NCBI GenBank assembly: GCA_965223845.1
Contig: CBDCXR010000004.1
Coordinates: 2,112,001 to 2,176,000, forward strand
Length of the DNA: 64,000 nucleotides
DNA from: Planctomycetota bacterium
Lineage (GTDB): Bacteria; Planctomycetota; UBA8108; SXIK01
Direction of reading: 5' to 3'
The notes beneath the pieces are model-generated. The model was not told the origin of the DNA, searched no databases, and saw nothing but the letters and a program-made list of their open reading frames with translations. Below are positions 12,291 to 22,347 of this stretch, piece by piece. Both the position numbers and the translations under genes were made by a program. The stretch's first letter is position 1; the number at the start of each line of letters is the position of its first letter.

Positions 12291-15284
12291 GTGTCCGGTC
12301 GATCCCGCATCGTGAAAGGAGTCCGAGCCGTGTTTCGACGTCCGATCGTCGCCGTCGCCTTCATCGTCGCGATCTCCGGATCGGCCGACGGCGGCGATCG
12401 CGAGCACTGGTCGTTCGCCTCGCTGTCGAAGTCCGCGCCTCCGGTGAGCCGTGACTCGTGGGGGCGGTCTCCGATCGACGCCTGGATCCTCCAGCGGCTC
12501 CGGGAAGCGAAGCTCGCCCCTTCGCGCGAAGCCGATCGATCGACACTCATCCGGCGCGTTCACTTCGTCGTGCTCGGACTCCAGCCGCCGCCCGACGTCA
12601 TCGCTCGATTCGTAAGCGATCCGCGGGCCGACGCCTACGACAAGATGGTCGATCGAGTGCTCGCGAGCCCGCGATTCGGGGAACGCTGGGCGCGGCACTG
12701 GCTCGACGTCGTCCGCTTCGGCGAAACTCACGGATTCGAGACGAATCGTGAACGTCCACACGCATGGCGGTATCGCGATTACGTGATCGACTCGCTCAAC
12801 GAGGACAAGCCGTACGCCCAGTTCGTGCGCGAGCAGATCGCAGGCGATACCCTCGGCGCTCCCGTCGCCACGGGGTTTCTCGTCGCCGGTCCCTACGACC
12901 TCGTGAAGAGTCCCGATCCGAAGCTCACGCTGAATCAACGCCAAGAAGAGTTGGCCGATATCGTCGGCACGACCGGGACGACGTTTCTCGGACTCACGCT
13001 CAGTTGCGCGCGCTGTCACGATCACAAGTTCGACCCGATCACCCAGACGGACTACTACGCGATCCAGGCCGTCTTCGCGGGAGTGGAGCACGGCGACAGC
13101 GAGCTCCCTCCGGTCGACGAGAGTGCCGCCGGCATCGCGCGGCGGAGTGCACGCGCACTCGAGCTCCACCGCACGCTCGCCCGATTTCTCGCACCGGGAG
13201 GTCGGAGCTCGATTTCGATCGACGACACGCCGTCGCCACCCGTGCCCGCGTTCACGTCGCTCCGGCCCGGCGCGATTCGCGCGCAGGTCCGCGAAGGGAC
13301 GGAGCGCGGGGCGAAGAGCGACCCCGGAAGCGAAACGCGACCGCCCAACCTAAACGGGGGAGCGTACACGTGGTGGAGGAACGTAGCCGGACAGGACTTC
13401 GCGGTCTACCACATGGCGGCGAGCGGGTCGCATCGACTCCAACTCTCTTGGGGCTGCGGGCGATCCACGCACTCGCCGAACGCCGAGTATCTTCTCGATC
13501 GCGACGGCGACCTCGATTCACGCGAGGATCAAACGCTTCTCGTCACGGTCGACCAACGCGCGTTCGCGACCGGAGAGCGACCGGATCGCGAGGGTGCCTA
13601 CTGGAGCGGCTTCTACGACGCAGGCGTTCACAAACTCCGACCGGAAACGACCCTCGTCGTCCGCGGCGGATCGGATGGGGACGTCATCACGACCGATGTC
13701 GTGTCGATCGAACGCGTCGGCGCCCGAGACGAAGAGCTCGAGCACGCGCCGGTGACGGCGCGCTACAACGAAGAGTCGTTTCCGCCCGCTCGAGCGCTGT
13801 TCGTCCGGTTTACGATTCTCGCGACGAACTCGGGCGAACCCTGCGTCGACGAGTTCGAAGTTTGGTCGGAAGGAACAAACATCGCCCTTGAGAGCGCCGG
13901 TACGAAAGCGCGCTCTTCGAGTACTCTCCCCGGACACGCGATCCATCGGCTGGAACACATCCACGACGGGCGCTACGGCAACGGACGGAGCTGGATTTCG
14001 AACGAACCCGGCCGGGGATGGATCGAGCTCGAGCTCGCAAAACCGCGGTCGATCGACCGCATCGTCTGGGCGCGCGATCGAGAGGGTCGCTTCGCCGATC
14101 GCGTCCCGACGCGCTACCGCATCGAGGTGTCGCTCGATCGAGAACGGTGGACGACAGTGGCGAGCTCGACGGAGCGGGCGCCGTTCGGCGAGCCCAACAC
14201 TCCGCAGTATCGATTCGTCGGCGACGCGGCAGACGACGGTGAGCGAGCGCTAGCGGAGCTCCGCAGCTTTGCGGCGGAACTAGGGGACTCCGCCGAGACG
14301 AGAAAAGCGTACGCCGGAACGTTTCGGCAACCCGACCCCGTCCACCGTCTCCACCGGGGAGATCCATTCGCGAAGCGTGAACGTGTCGCGCCGAACACCG
14401 TCGCGCGGCTCGGGAAGCTCGACCTCTCGGAATCGGCGAGCGAGCAGACGCGGCGGCGAATGTTCGCCGAGTGGATCGCGCGCGACGACCACCCGCTCAC
14501 GGCGCGGGTGATCGCGAATCGCATTTGGCAGCACTACTTCGGCACGGGGCTCGTCGACACTCCGAGCGATTTCGGACTCATGGGCACGACGCCGACGCAT
14601 CCCGAGCTCCTCGACTGGCTCGCGCGGGAGCTCGTCGGGTCGGGCTGGTCGCTCAAGCATCTCCATCGACAGATTCTTCTCTCGAGCACGTTCCGGCAGT
14701 CCAGTCGGCCGCGCGAAGACGGAGCGGCGGTCGATGCCGGCGCTCGGCTCCTCTGGCGATTTCCACCGCGTCGACTCGAAGCGGAGTCGATCCGCGATCG
14801 CATCCTCGAGGCGAGCGGAGCGCTCGATCTTCGTATGGGCGGACCGGGATTCAGCGGTTTCGAAGTCCAGCTCGAAAACGTTCGGCACTACTTCCCGAAG
14901 ACGACCTTCGGCCCCGAGGATCGACGCCGGATGATCTACATGACGAAGGTTCGTCAAGAGCAAGACTCCGTCTTCGGCGCCTTCGATTGTCCGGACGCGA
15001 GCCAGACCGCGCCGCGGCGCAGTCGTTCGACGACTGCGATTCAGGCGCTCAACCTCTTCAACAGCGAGTTCGTTACGGTGCACGCGAAGCTCTTCGCCGA
15101 ACGCTTGATCCGCGAGGCGGGAGATGACCCGAGAGCGCTCACGAATCGCGCCTATCGTTTGGCCTTCGGTCGTGTGCCGACAGCAGCGGAAGCGGAAGAC
15201 GCCTCGAACCTCGTCCGCGAGTACGGCGCCGCCGCGCTCACGCGCGCGCTGTTCAACACGAACGAATTCATTTTGGTTCCGTGA
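12291..15284 (+). CDS. DUF1549/DUF1553 (PSCyt2/PSD1) protein with discoidin-like insert
   Basis: [48 protein letters not shown]. Confidence 0.9.
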   Translation: MSGRSRIVKGVRAVFRRPIVAVAFIVAISGSADGGDREHWSFASLSKSAPPVSRDSWGRSPIDAWILQRLREAKLAPSREADRSTLIRRVHFVVLGLQPPPDVIARFVSDPRADAYDKMVDRVLASPRFGERWARHWLDVVRFGETHGFETNRERPHAWRYRDYVIDSLNEDKPYAQFVREQIAGDTLGAPVATGFLVAGPYDLVKSPDPKLTLNQRQEELADIVGTTGTTFLGLTLSCARCHDHKFDPITQTDYYAIQAVFAGVEHGDSELPPVDESAAGIARRSARALELHRTLARFLAPGGRSSISIDDTPSPPVPAFTSLRPGAIRAQVREGTERGAKSDPGSETRPPNLNGGAYTWWRNVAGQDFAVYHMAASGSHRLQLSWGCGRSTHSPNAEYLLDRDGDLDSREDQTLLVTVDQRAFATGERPDREGAYWSGFYDAGVHKLRPETTLVVRGGSDGDVITTDVVSIERVGARDEELEHAPVTARYNEESFPPARALFVRFTILATNSGEPCVDEFEVWSEGTNIALESAGTKARSSSTLPGHAIHRLEHIHDGRYGNGRSWISNEPGRGWIELELAKPRSIDRIVWARDREGRFADRVPTRYRIEVSLDRERWTTVASSTERAPFGEPNTPQYRFVGDAADDGERALAELRSFAAELGDSAETRKAYAGTFRQPDPVHRLHRGDPFAKRERVAPNTVARLGKLDLSESASEQTRRRMFAEWIARDDHPLTARVIANRIWQHYFGTGLVDTPSDFGLMGTTPTHPELLDWLARELVGSGWSLKHLHRQILLSSTFRQSSRPREDGAAVDAGARLLWRFPPRRLEAESIRDRILEASGALDLRMGGPGFSGFEVQLENVRHYFPKTTFGPEDRRRMIYMTKVRQEQDSVFGAFDCPDASQTAPRRSRSTTAIQALNLFNSEFVTVHAKLFAERLIREAGDDPRALTNRAYRLAFGRVPTAAEAEDASNLVREYGAAALTRALFNTNEFILVP

Positions 15285-15294
15285 GGGAGAGCGG

Positions 15295-16797
15295 ATGAAC
15301 CCCGTCGACGCGCCGCCCCATCCTCTCCTCGACCGCCGTGGGTTCCTCGGCCGCTTCGGCACGGGTCTCGGTGGCGTCGGACTCACGCATCTCCTCGGCG
15401 CTCAGGGTCTCCTTGCAAGCGAGAGTGGGGAACGCGAACCCGCGAACGACGGACCGATCCGTCCGCGTCTCGACCCCGCTCGCCCACAGGCCCCGCGCGA
15501 TGCGCACTTCGCTCCGGCGGCGCGTCGCGTCATCGTGATCTTCTGCTCCGGAGCGTGCAGCCACCTCGATACGTTCGACTACAAGCCGGAGCTCGTCCGT
15601 CGGCACGGTCAGCCGCTGCCGGGCGGGAAGCTCATCACGTTTCAGGGCGAGCAGGGCAACCTGACGAAGAGCCCGTGGGAATTTCGGCCCTACGGCGAAT
15701 CGGGAAAGATGGTCTCCGACCTCGTCCCGCACCTCGGTGCGCTCGCCGACGACATGTGCTTCGTGCACTCGCTCACGAGCAAGACGAACACGCACGGGCC
15801 CGGCGAGAACTTCATGTCGACGGGATTTACGCTCGACGGATTCCCGAGCATCGGCGCGTGGATAACGTACGCCCTCGGGAGCGAGAGCGAGAATCTCCCG
15901 TCGTTCGTCGCGATTCCCGATCCGCGAGGGACCCCGCAGTCGAGTGTGAACAATTGGGGGCCCGGGTTTCTTCCGGCCGCGTTTCAGGGGACGGACTTCA
16001 ACGCCGCGAAGCCACTGCGAAACCTAGCTCGACCGCCGGCGGTCTCTCCCGAAGCGGACGCTGCGACGCGTCGATTTCTCGCGCGCCAGAACGCGCGTCA
16101 CCTCAAACGATTTCCCGGCGACACTCAGCTCGCCGCGAGGATCTCGAGCTACGAGCTCGCAGCGAAGATGCAGCTCAGCGTGCCGGAAGTCAGCGACATC
16201 TCTTCGGAGCCGGCGCACATCCTTCGTCTCTACGGCGCCGACGACACGCAGAACAAACTTAAGTCCGCGTTCGCTCGCAACTGCATCCTCGCGCGGCGCC
16301 TGGTCGAAAAGGGAGTTCGATTCGTTCAGCTCTTCAACGGCGCGTACCAAACGGGTGGGGAGGGAGTCAGCAACTGGGACGGTCACAAATACCTTCACAA
16401 GCAGTACAGCGTGCACGGGCCGGCGCTCGACCAGCCCGCCGCGGGCCTTCTCATCGATCTCAAGCAGCGCGGCCTTCTCGAAGACACCCTCGTCGTCTGG
16501 TGCACGGAGTTCGGCCGCATGCCGACGTTTCAAAAGGGCGCGAGTGGTCGCGATCACAATCCCTCGGGATTCACCGCGTGGCTCGCCGGAGCCGGCGTGA
16601 AGGCGCCGTTCTCATTCGGCGCCACCGACGAGTTCGGCCATCGTGCGGCGATCGACGTCTCGACCGTCTACGACTTCCACGCGACGATCCTCCATCTCCT
16701 CGGACTCGATCACGAACGGCTGACGTTTTACCACAACGGGATCGAACGACGGCTGACCGACGTCCACGGGCACGTTCTCACGCCGATCCTGAGCTGA
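15295..16797 (+). CDS. DUF1501 domain-containing protein (Tat, sulfatase-like)
   Basis: DRRGFL Tat motif, [29 protein letters not shown]; ATG at 15295 after GGGAGAG. Confidence 0.92.
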   Translation: MNPVDAPPHPLLDRRGFLGRFGTGLGGVGLTHLLGAQGLLASESGEREPANDGPIRPRLDPARPQAPRDAHFAPAARRVIVIFCSGACSHLDTFDYKPELVRRHGQPLPGGKLITFQGEQGNLTKSPWEFRPYGESGKMVSDLVPHLGALADDMCFVHSLTSKTNTHGPGENFMSTGFTLDGFPSIGAWITYALGSESENLPSFVAIPDPRGTPQSSVNNWGPGFLPAAFQGTDFNAAKPLRNLARPPAVSPEADAATRRFLARQNARHLKRFPGDTQLAARISSYELAAKMQLSVPEVSDISSEPAHILRLYGADDTQNKLKSAFARNCILARRLVEKGVRFVQLFNGAYQTGGEGVSNWDGHKYLHKQYSVHGPALDQPAAGLLIDLKQRGLLEDTLVVWCTEFGRMPTFQKGASGRDHNPSGFTAWLAGAGVKAPFSFGATDEFGHRAAIDVSTVYDFHATILHLLGLDHERLTFYHNGIERRLTDVHGHVLTPILS

Positions 16798-16830
16798 AGG
16801 CGACCCTGCCAGCCCCGCCCTCCTCCGAAA

Positions 16831-17196
16831 CTAGAGTCGATCGGGCTGAACGACCGTGCGATCGTTCTCGACGTTCCCCGTGTTGAGCGTCGTAGCAGGT
16901 TCGACCATCAGCACCTGAACCTCCTCCACCGCGACGGGCTTGTGCTCAACGCCGCGCGGAACGATGTAAAACTCGCCCTCCTCGAGGTGAACGACCTCGT
17001 CGCGGAAGTGAAGATCAAACTCGCCCTTGACGACGAGAAACATCTCGTCCTCGTCCGCGTGGTGGTGCCAGATGAACTCACCCTGAAACTTCACGAGCTT
17101 CACAAGCTGACCGTTCATCTCGCCCACGATCTTCGGCGACCAATGCTCGGAAAACAGCGCAAACTTCTCCGCAAGATTGACCTTAGCCGCCAGCAT
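16831..17196 (-). CDS. Cupin domain protein (mannose-6-phosphate isomerase-like)
   Basis: WHHHADEDEMF and VPRGVEHKP cupin motifs. Confidence 0.9.
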   Translation of the reverse strand: MLAAKVNLAEKFALFSEHWSPKIVGEMNGQLVKLVKFQGEFIWHHHADEDEMFLVVKGEFDLHFRDEVVHLEEGEFYIVPRGVEHKPVAVEEVQVLMVEPATTLNTGNVENDRTVVQPDRL

Positions 17197-17328
17197 TCAC
17201 ACTCTCCATTCACACTCTCCATTCACACTCTCCATTCACACTCTCCATTCACACTCTCCATTCACACTCTCCATTCACACTCTCCATTCACACTCTCCAT
17301 TCACACTCTCCATTCACACTCTCCATTC
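17194..17328. repeat. Tandem repeat, 10 perfect copies of CATTCACACTCTC (13 bp) plus a partial copy
   Basis: Counted directly: units start at 17194, 17207 ... 17311, then CATTC at 17324; the first unit contains the cupin start codon. Confidence 0.97.
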
Positions 17329-17334
17329 TCTTCC

Positions 17335-17456
17335 CTTCGTGTCCGTCGTGCCCTTCGTGGTCCACTTCCTCTTCCTTTCTCCCCGCTCTCCCGATCTCCC
17401 CGCTCTCGATCTCCTCCTTCGTCTTCCTTCGCGCACCTTCGCGCCCTTCGTGTAAA
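17335..17456. repeat. Pyrimidine-rich region with short ~9-nt periodic CTTCG(T/C)G motifs
   Basis: CTTCGTGTCCGTCGTGCCCTTCGTGGT (17335-17361), CTTCGCGCACCTTCGCGCCCTTCGTGTAAA (17427-17456) and TCTCCCCGCTCTC twice between them. Confidence 0.6.
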
Positions 17457-17471
17457 TCTCCCCGCACCGAC

Positions 17472-19628
17472 TCAAAACCGAATCGTCGCCCCCACCTTCA
17501 CCGCGATCTCCGTCTGATCGACCCGCGGACGCCCCTCGTTCCGGTCGACCTCCTGAGTCAGAACGACAAAGAGATCCGAACCGGGAACGAACTCCCAGCG
17601 AAGCCGACTGTTCACTCCAATTCTGTCGGAGACGTCGTCGTACTGAACGAGGTTGTACCAGATGAGCTCCGTCGTGAAGTTGATCTGCAGCCGCACGGAC
17701 GCGAGCCGCGTGTCGAAGTTCCCTTCGGGCAGTCGAATCTTGTTGAGCTCGTAACCCGTCGACACGCTGAAGTGCCGACTCGGATCGAGCGTAAGGTTCG
17801 CCACCCAGCGGTCGCGGTAGCCGTCGTAAAACGTGCCGATCTCGTACGCCGCATCGAGCTCGACCGGCCGTTTCGTCGCGCTGGCGAATCCGAAACGGTA
17901 GCGCTGCCACCAATACTCGTCCGGCGGGATTGTGACGCCGGGATGGATTTCGAAATCCGCTCGCGGCTCGTCGAAGCGAGTTTGCGTGTTGAAGAAGATT
18001 TCGTCACTCGATTCGAGAAGAAGAAGGATCGGGGTGAGTGAGTAGAGCGCGGTCTCGAGTTCGTCGTCGAGATCCGTCACGTGCTGCTGGAAGTAGCTGA
18101 CGAAGATCCGGCGAAGCCAATCGCTGTCGGGAGTGAAGAATCGGGAGGTCGCCTCGAGTTCGTACGCCCGAATGCCGCGTCTCGGGGCGAATCCGAGGGC
18201 GGGATAGAAATTCTCGTCGAGCTGGTAGTACTTCACGTAGGTGACGAGTTTCTCGTGCTCGGCCAACGCGACACCGGAGAACGCGAGGTTGTCGCTTCCC
18301 GCAACGCCTTCGGTCCAAGTGCCCGAGAGGAACGCGTTTCCACCGAGCGTCCAGTCGTCGATGAGCGTCGTGTTGCGAAAGTTGAAGTCGGTTCCGGCGA
18401 AGAGATTGTCGTTCCTCGAGTTCGGGTCGCCCGCAGTGACGAGCACGCCGAGGGTCGAGTTCTCGAGGACGTTTCGGCTGACGCGCCCGACGAACGCGTT
18501 CCGCGCCGGCAGCCCATCGTGCGAGTCGACGAGAGCGTCGATGACGCCGACGTTGTACTCGCCGACGCGGCCGGTGAGTTTTCCCGCGATGGTGATGGGT
18601 ACTGGCTCACCGCTCGCACTGAGTCCGATTCTCCGGCTGAAGAACGGAATGAGAGCACCGCGCACGTCGCCGAACTCGAAGATACTCGCGTCCTGAAGGA
18701 AGAACTCCCGCTTCTCCGGAAAGAAGAGGGGAAACCTCGTGAGATTGATCTGACGCGCGTCGACTTCGGTTTCCGCGAAGTCGGTGTTGTAGCTGAGGCT
18801 CGCGGTGAGATTCGGAGTGATCGAATAGCGCGCGTCGACACCGGCATCGAAGAGACGATCGACGTCGTCGTCGACACGGTCGTCTCGGTACCGCGCGGCG
18901 CCGTAGGGGCGAATCTCGAGACCGATTCCCTGCTCGAGGCCTTCCAACCCGCCGAGGTCGCCTGCCTCGGAGACATCGTGGTCGCGATAGCGGACCTGCG
19001 CACCGCTCCAGCGAACGATCTCGTCGCGCCGCTTGATGCCGCGAGAGAGATTGAATCCCCAGACCGTCGAATCCGCGGCGAACGCGATCGACGTGTGTGG
19101 AATCGCGACCTCCGCGTACCAGCCTCGCTCGTCGATCGTTGCGTGGGCGTGCCAGACCGCATCCCAGTCGTCATTCGGAATCGGGTGCGCGGAGATGAGT
19201 GCGTCATCGCGCGCGCCGTTCGGATTCACGCGAAAGATATAGCCGTTGCGGCGGTCGAGGAACGTGTCGAGAACGATGGCGACATAGTCGTTCCGAGTGG
19301 TTCGGCCGTCGCGAGCCATTTCGGTAGCGACGATCGCCGCGGGCTCGGTGTCGTAGCACCAAACTGCGACGTAAAGCGCGCGCCGGTCGTAAGCGACGGC
19401 GAATTCCGTCCGCTGCGTGGGCTCCGCACCTTCGTTCGGAAAGGCCTGGAGGAGATTCCCCGCCCGCGGAGTCGTTCGCCACACCGGGTCGTCGAGACGA
19501 CCGTCGATCTTGGGTGGCGTCGTCGCGCGAACTGCATCGATGCGTGGCCGCTCGGCGGAGACCGGCGAGCTCGCGATCGCAGCCAAGGCCACGACGGCGA
19601 TCTGTGCAAAAAGCCCAGACTCCCGCAC
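17472..19628 (-). CDS. CBM9-like/DUF5916 domain outer-membrane protein
   Basis: PKIDGRLDDPVW, NTDFAETEVD, NLTRFPLFFPEKREFF, FFSRRIG; C-terminal Phe; signal peptide. Confidence 0.88.
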   Translation of the reverse strand: MRESGLFAQIAVVALAAIASSPVSAERPRIDAVRATTPPKIDGRLDDPVWRTTPRAGNLLQAFPNEGAEPTQRTEFAVAYDRRALYVAVWCYDTEPAAIVATEMARDGRTTRNDYVAIVLDTFLDRRNGYIFRVNPNGARDDALISAHPIPNDDWDAVWHAHATIDERGWYAEVAIPHTSIAFAADSTVWGFNLSRGIKRRDEIVRWSGAQVRYRDHDVSEAGDLGGLEGLEQGIGLEIRPYGAARYRDDRVDDDVDRLFDAGVDARYSITPNLTASLSYNTDFAETEVDARQINLTRFPLFFPEKREFFLQDASIFEFGDVRGALIPFFSRRIGLSASGEPVPITIAGKLTGRVGEYNVGVIDALVDSHDGLPARNAFVGRVSRNVLENSTLGVLVTAGDPNSRNDNLFAGTDFNFRNTTLIDDWTLGGNAFLSGTWTEGVAGSDNLAFSGVALAEHEKLVTYVKYYQLDENFYPALGFAPRRGIRAYELEATSRFFTPDSDWLRRIFVSYFQQHVTDLDDELETALYSLTPILLLLESSDEIFFNTQTRFDEPRADFEIHPGVTIPPDEYWWQRYRFGFASATKRPVELDAAYEIGTFYDGYRDRWVANLTLDPSRHFSVSTGYELNKIRLPEGNFDTRLASVRLQINFTTELIWYNLVQYDDVSDRIGVNSRLRWEFVPGSDLFVVLTQEVDRNEGRPRVDQTEIAVKVGATIRF

Positions 19629-19648
19629 GACGCTTGGCTTCCCTCCGG

Positions 19649-20353
19649 CTAGACGTCCGCGACCCCGAGAAGACGAAGGACCGTTGCGAGATCGACTTCG
19701 GTGAGGCTGTCGACGATCGTGTCCGCGGCCCCGAGCTTTTCCCTCGGGACGGAGTTCGTCACGGCGATCACCCGGCAGCCCGCACGCCGCGCCGCCTCGA
19801 CGCCGTTCGGTGCATCCTCGATGACGACGCAGCGCTCGGGCGGGAGCTCGAGCCCCGCGGACGCCTTGAGGAAGAGTTCCGGATCGGGCTTCTTGTGCGT
19901 GACATCGCTGCCGGTGACGTACTCGAGCTCGGGGTACGGGACACCGGCGGAGCGAAGAACGGCTTCCGACTTCTCGCGCGTGCTGCTCGTAGCGATCGCG
20001 ACGCCGAATCTCCCGCTCGCACGCGCAGCCGAGATGAGCTCGAGAACGCCGGGGAACGCCGGGAGCGGCCGCTCCCGCAGGATCGCGAGAAAGTTCTCTT
20101 GCCGCCGCGTCGTCGCGTGCTCGACATCTTCACGCGAGAGTTCGAGCCCATGGACTTCGGCTGCAGCCCGCACGTAGGCAGCCGCGCCGCGTCCGAGCCC
20201 ACGCTCGAAGTCCTCGCGACGGACTCCGTCGAGGCCGAAGAGCTCGGCAAACATCCGGATCGACGCCGCGGCGTTGACCGCTTCGGTATCGGCGATGACG
20301 CCGTCGACATCGAAGATGAGTCCGCACGAGATCGGGTTCGATTCGATCGACAT
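19649..20353 (-). CDS. HAD-family phosphatase (beta-phosphoglucomutase-like)
   Basis: FDVDGVIADT, ATSS, KKPDPELF, VIEDAPNG motifs. Confidence 0.9.
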   Translation of the reverse strand: MSIESNPISCGLIFDVDGVIADTEAVNAAASIRMFAELFGLDGVRREDFERGLGRGAAAYVRAAAEVHGLELSREDVEHATTRRQENFLAILRERPLPAFPGVLELISAARASGRFGVAIATSSTREKSEAVLRSAGVPYPELEYVTGSDVTHKKPDPELFLKASAGLELPPERCVVIEDAPNGVEAARRAGCRVIAVTNSVPREKLGAADTIVDSLTEVDLATVLRLLGVADV

Positions 20354-20695
20354 CCTCTCGCTCCGAATTCCGACGCTGCGACGATCGTCGATGATCGAAG
20401 AGGAGGCCGCAAGCGATCAGATCGCGGTGTGACCAAACGCCACACGCGACACATCACCGCGGTACGGATGCGCGATCGAAGCGTGAGTGCCCTCCTCGGC
20501 CGTCTCGACGGCCTTTCGATCGCGCAAGCTAGAACGGAACGTAGAGCGACGTCCCAACGTAGAGCGCCGAGTCGTCGTTCTCGTCGAACAACCCGTCTGC
20601 GAAACGTCGCGCCACCGGCGGGAAAACCCAAACCCACCTGGACAGATCGATCGGCGGAGAATAGAAGTCACGGTGCTCCACGTCGCAGCCGATCG

Positions 20696-21853
20696 ATGTC
20701 CACCGAAACTCCCTCGACCGCCCAGCCGCCGCGCCTCGGCCTCCTCCTCGACGGAGGCGGTGCGCGAGCGGCGTATCAGGTAGGGCTTCTTCGGTTCCTC
20801 GCTTCCGAGGTTCCGGACCTCTCCGTACCGATCCTCACCGGCGTCTCCGCCGGCGCGATCAACACGGCGCATCTCGCGAGTCGATCGGGCTCGTTTGCGG
20901 AGTCGGTCGAAGAGCTTTCCGAGCTGTGGCGGCGTATCTCCGTCGACCAAGTGTTCGACGTTCACAGTTGGCAGATCGTGAAGACAGTGCTCCGCTGGGG
21001 CCTCGGTCTCATCTCGGGCGGGCGATTCTCGCCGAGCGAGCTTCGCGGCCTCACGGACACCGCGCCGCTCCGCAGGTTCCTCACCGACGCGCTCGAGCTC
21101 GAGGACGGAAAACTCGTCGGCATCGGGCGCAACATCGACCGCGGCGTCGTCGATTCCGTCGGAATCACGACGACCGATTACGCGACGGTACGCGCGACGA
21201 CGTGGGTTCAGAGTCACTCACCGGCGCTCTGGGAGCGGCCCAATCGCGTCGCCGTCGAGTGTTCGCTCGGTCTCGATCACGTGCTCGCAAGTGTCTCGCT
21301 TCCCCTCTTCTTTCCCGCGACGAAGATCGGCGAGGTGTGGCACGGTGATGGCGGTATCCGATTGACCGCACCGTTCTCGCCGGCCGTCTATCTCGGCGCC
21401 GAACGCGTGCTCGCGATCTCGACGCGATTCGCGTCTGAAGCTCGAGACGATACGGCCACGCTCAAGATTTATCCTCCGCCAGCGTACGTGGCCGGAGTGC
21501 TGCTCAACGCCGTGTTTCTCGACATGCTCGAGTACGACGCGCGAAATCTCGAACGGATCAACCGACTCATCGAGCACGTCCCCGTCGAAGAGCGAGGAGG
21601 ACTGCGCCGGGTGGAGACGCTGATTCTCCGGCCGTCTCGCGATCTCGGCAAGCTCGCCGCGGAGCACGAGCCCCGGCTGCCCGGTCTCTTTCGCTTTCTG
21701 ACCCGCGGCCTCGGGACGCGCGTGACCGAGGGATCGGATGCGCTGAGCATGCTGATGTTCCAGCACGAGTTCGTCGACCAGCTCCTCGCGCTCGGCGAGG
21801 CCGACGCGCGGGCGAGAGGCGACGAGATCATCGCGTTCGTGAACGGAGAATGA
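20696..21853 (+). CDS. Patatin-like phospholipase
   Basis: DGGGARAAYQVG, GVSAG nucleophile elbow, DGG motif; ATG at 20696. Confidence 0.9.
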   Translation: MSTETPSTAQPPRLGLLLDGGGARAAYQVGLLRFLASEVPDLSVPILTGVSAGAINTAHLASRSGSFAESVEELSELWRRISVDQVFDVHSWQIVKTVLRWGLGLISGGRFSPSELRGLTDTAPLRRFLTDALELEDGKLVGIGRNIDRGVVDSVGITTTDYATVRATTWVQSHSPALWERPNRVAVECSLGLDHVLASVSLPLFFPATKIGEVWHGDGGIRLTAPFSPAVYLGAERVLAISTRFASEARDDTATLKIYPPPAYVAGVLLNAVFLDMLEYDARNLERINRLIEHVPVEERGGLRRVETLILRPSRDLGKLAAEHEPRLPGLFRFLTRGLGTRVTEGSDALSMLMFQHEFVDQLLALGEADARARGDEIIAFVNGE

Positions 21854-22248
21854 ACGTGTCGCGGGATCGATCCGGACGACGAGTCCAAGCGCGCGGGCGA
21901 GCTCTCGCAGTCGCACTCGCTCTCTCTGCGCTCACCGGGTGCGCGGCAACGACGCTCGTCGAATCGTCACCACCGGGAGCTCGCGTCGAGATCGACAACG
22001 ACTACGTCGGCCGGACGCCGCTCGAGCACGAATGGAGCGTATCGGCGGCACAGCGCTACAACCCGCTGCGCTGGATCGGAATGCTCCTCCCGTGGAACTG
22101 GAGGGGACCTCGCCTCGGTCGAACGCGCATCGTTCGCGTGCTTCCGCCTCGGAGCGATCTCTTCCTTCAGTCGAAGGTGCTTCCCGGTGGAAGCACGCCG
22201 CCGACGCACGTCTTCTTCGACTTGACGATCCCGCCGGAGAAGCCCTGA
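21850..22248 (+). CDS. PEGA domain lipoprotein
   Basis: Lipobox ALTGC; VESSPPGARVEIDNDYVGRTPL; ATGA overlap with the patatin gene. Confidence 0.8.
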   Translation: MNVSRDRSGRRVQARGRALAVALALSALTGCAATTLVESSPPGARVEIDNDYVGRTPLEHEWSVSAAQRYNPLRWIGMLLPWNWRGPRLGRTRIVRVLPPRSDLFLQSKVLPGGSTPPTHVFFDLTIPPEKP

Positions 22249-22347
22249 GCGGATCGCGCTTACGCGTCGCGTGAGTACGCCAACGGGCCTAGGGGGCTTC
22301 TCCCCGTGCGCCCGGGTGCGGTAGACTAGCCGTCTCTGCAGAACGAG

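Noticed and set aside
12105-13169. 355-aa N-terminal extension of the kinase (1145-aa ORF)
   Set aside because: Mostly antisense shadow of the DUF1549/DUF1553 gene; recognisable kinase sequence starts at 12104
17194-17328. CRISPR array
   Set aside because: 13-bp units are directly adjacent with no unique spacers, and there are no cas genes in the window
19514-20695. Long N-terminal extension of the patatin ORF
   Set aside because: Overlaps the HAD gene on the opposite strand and is Arg-rich shadow sequence
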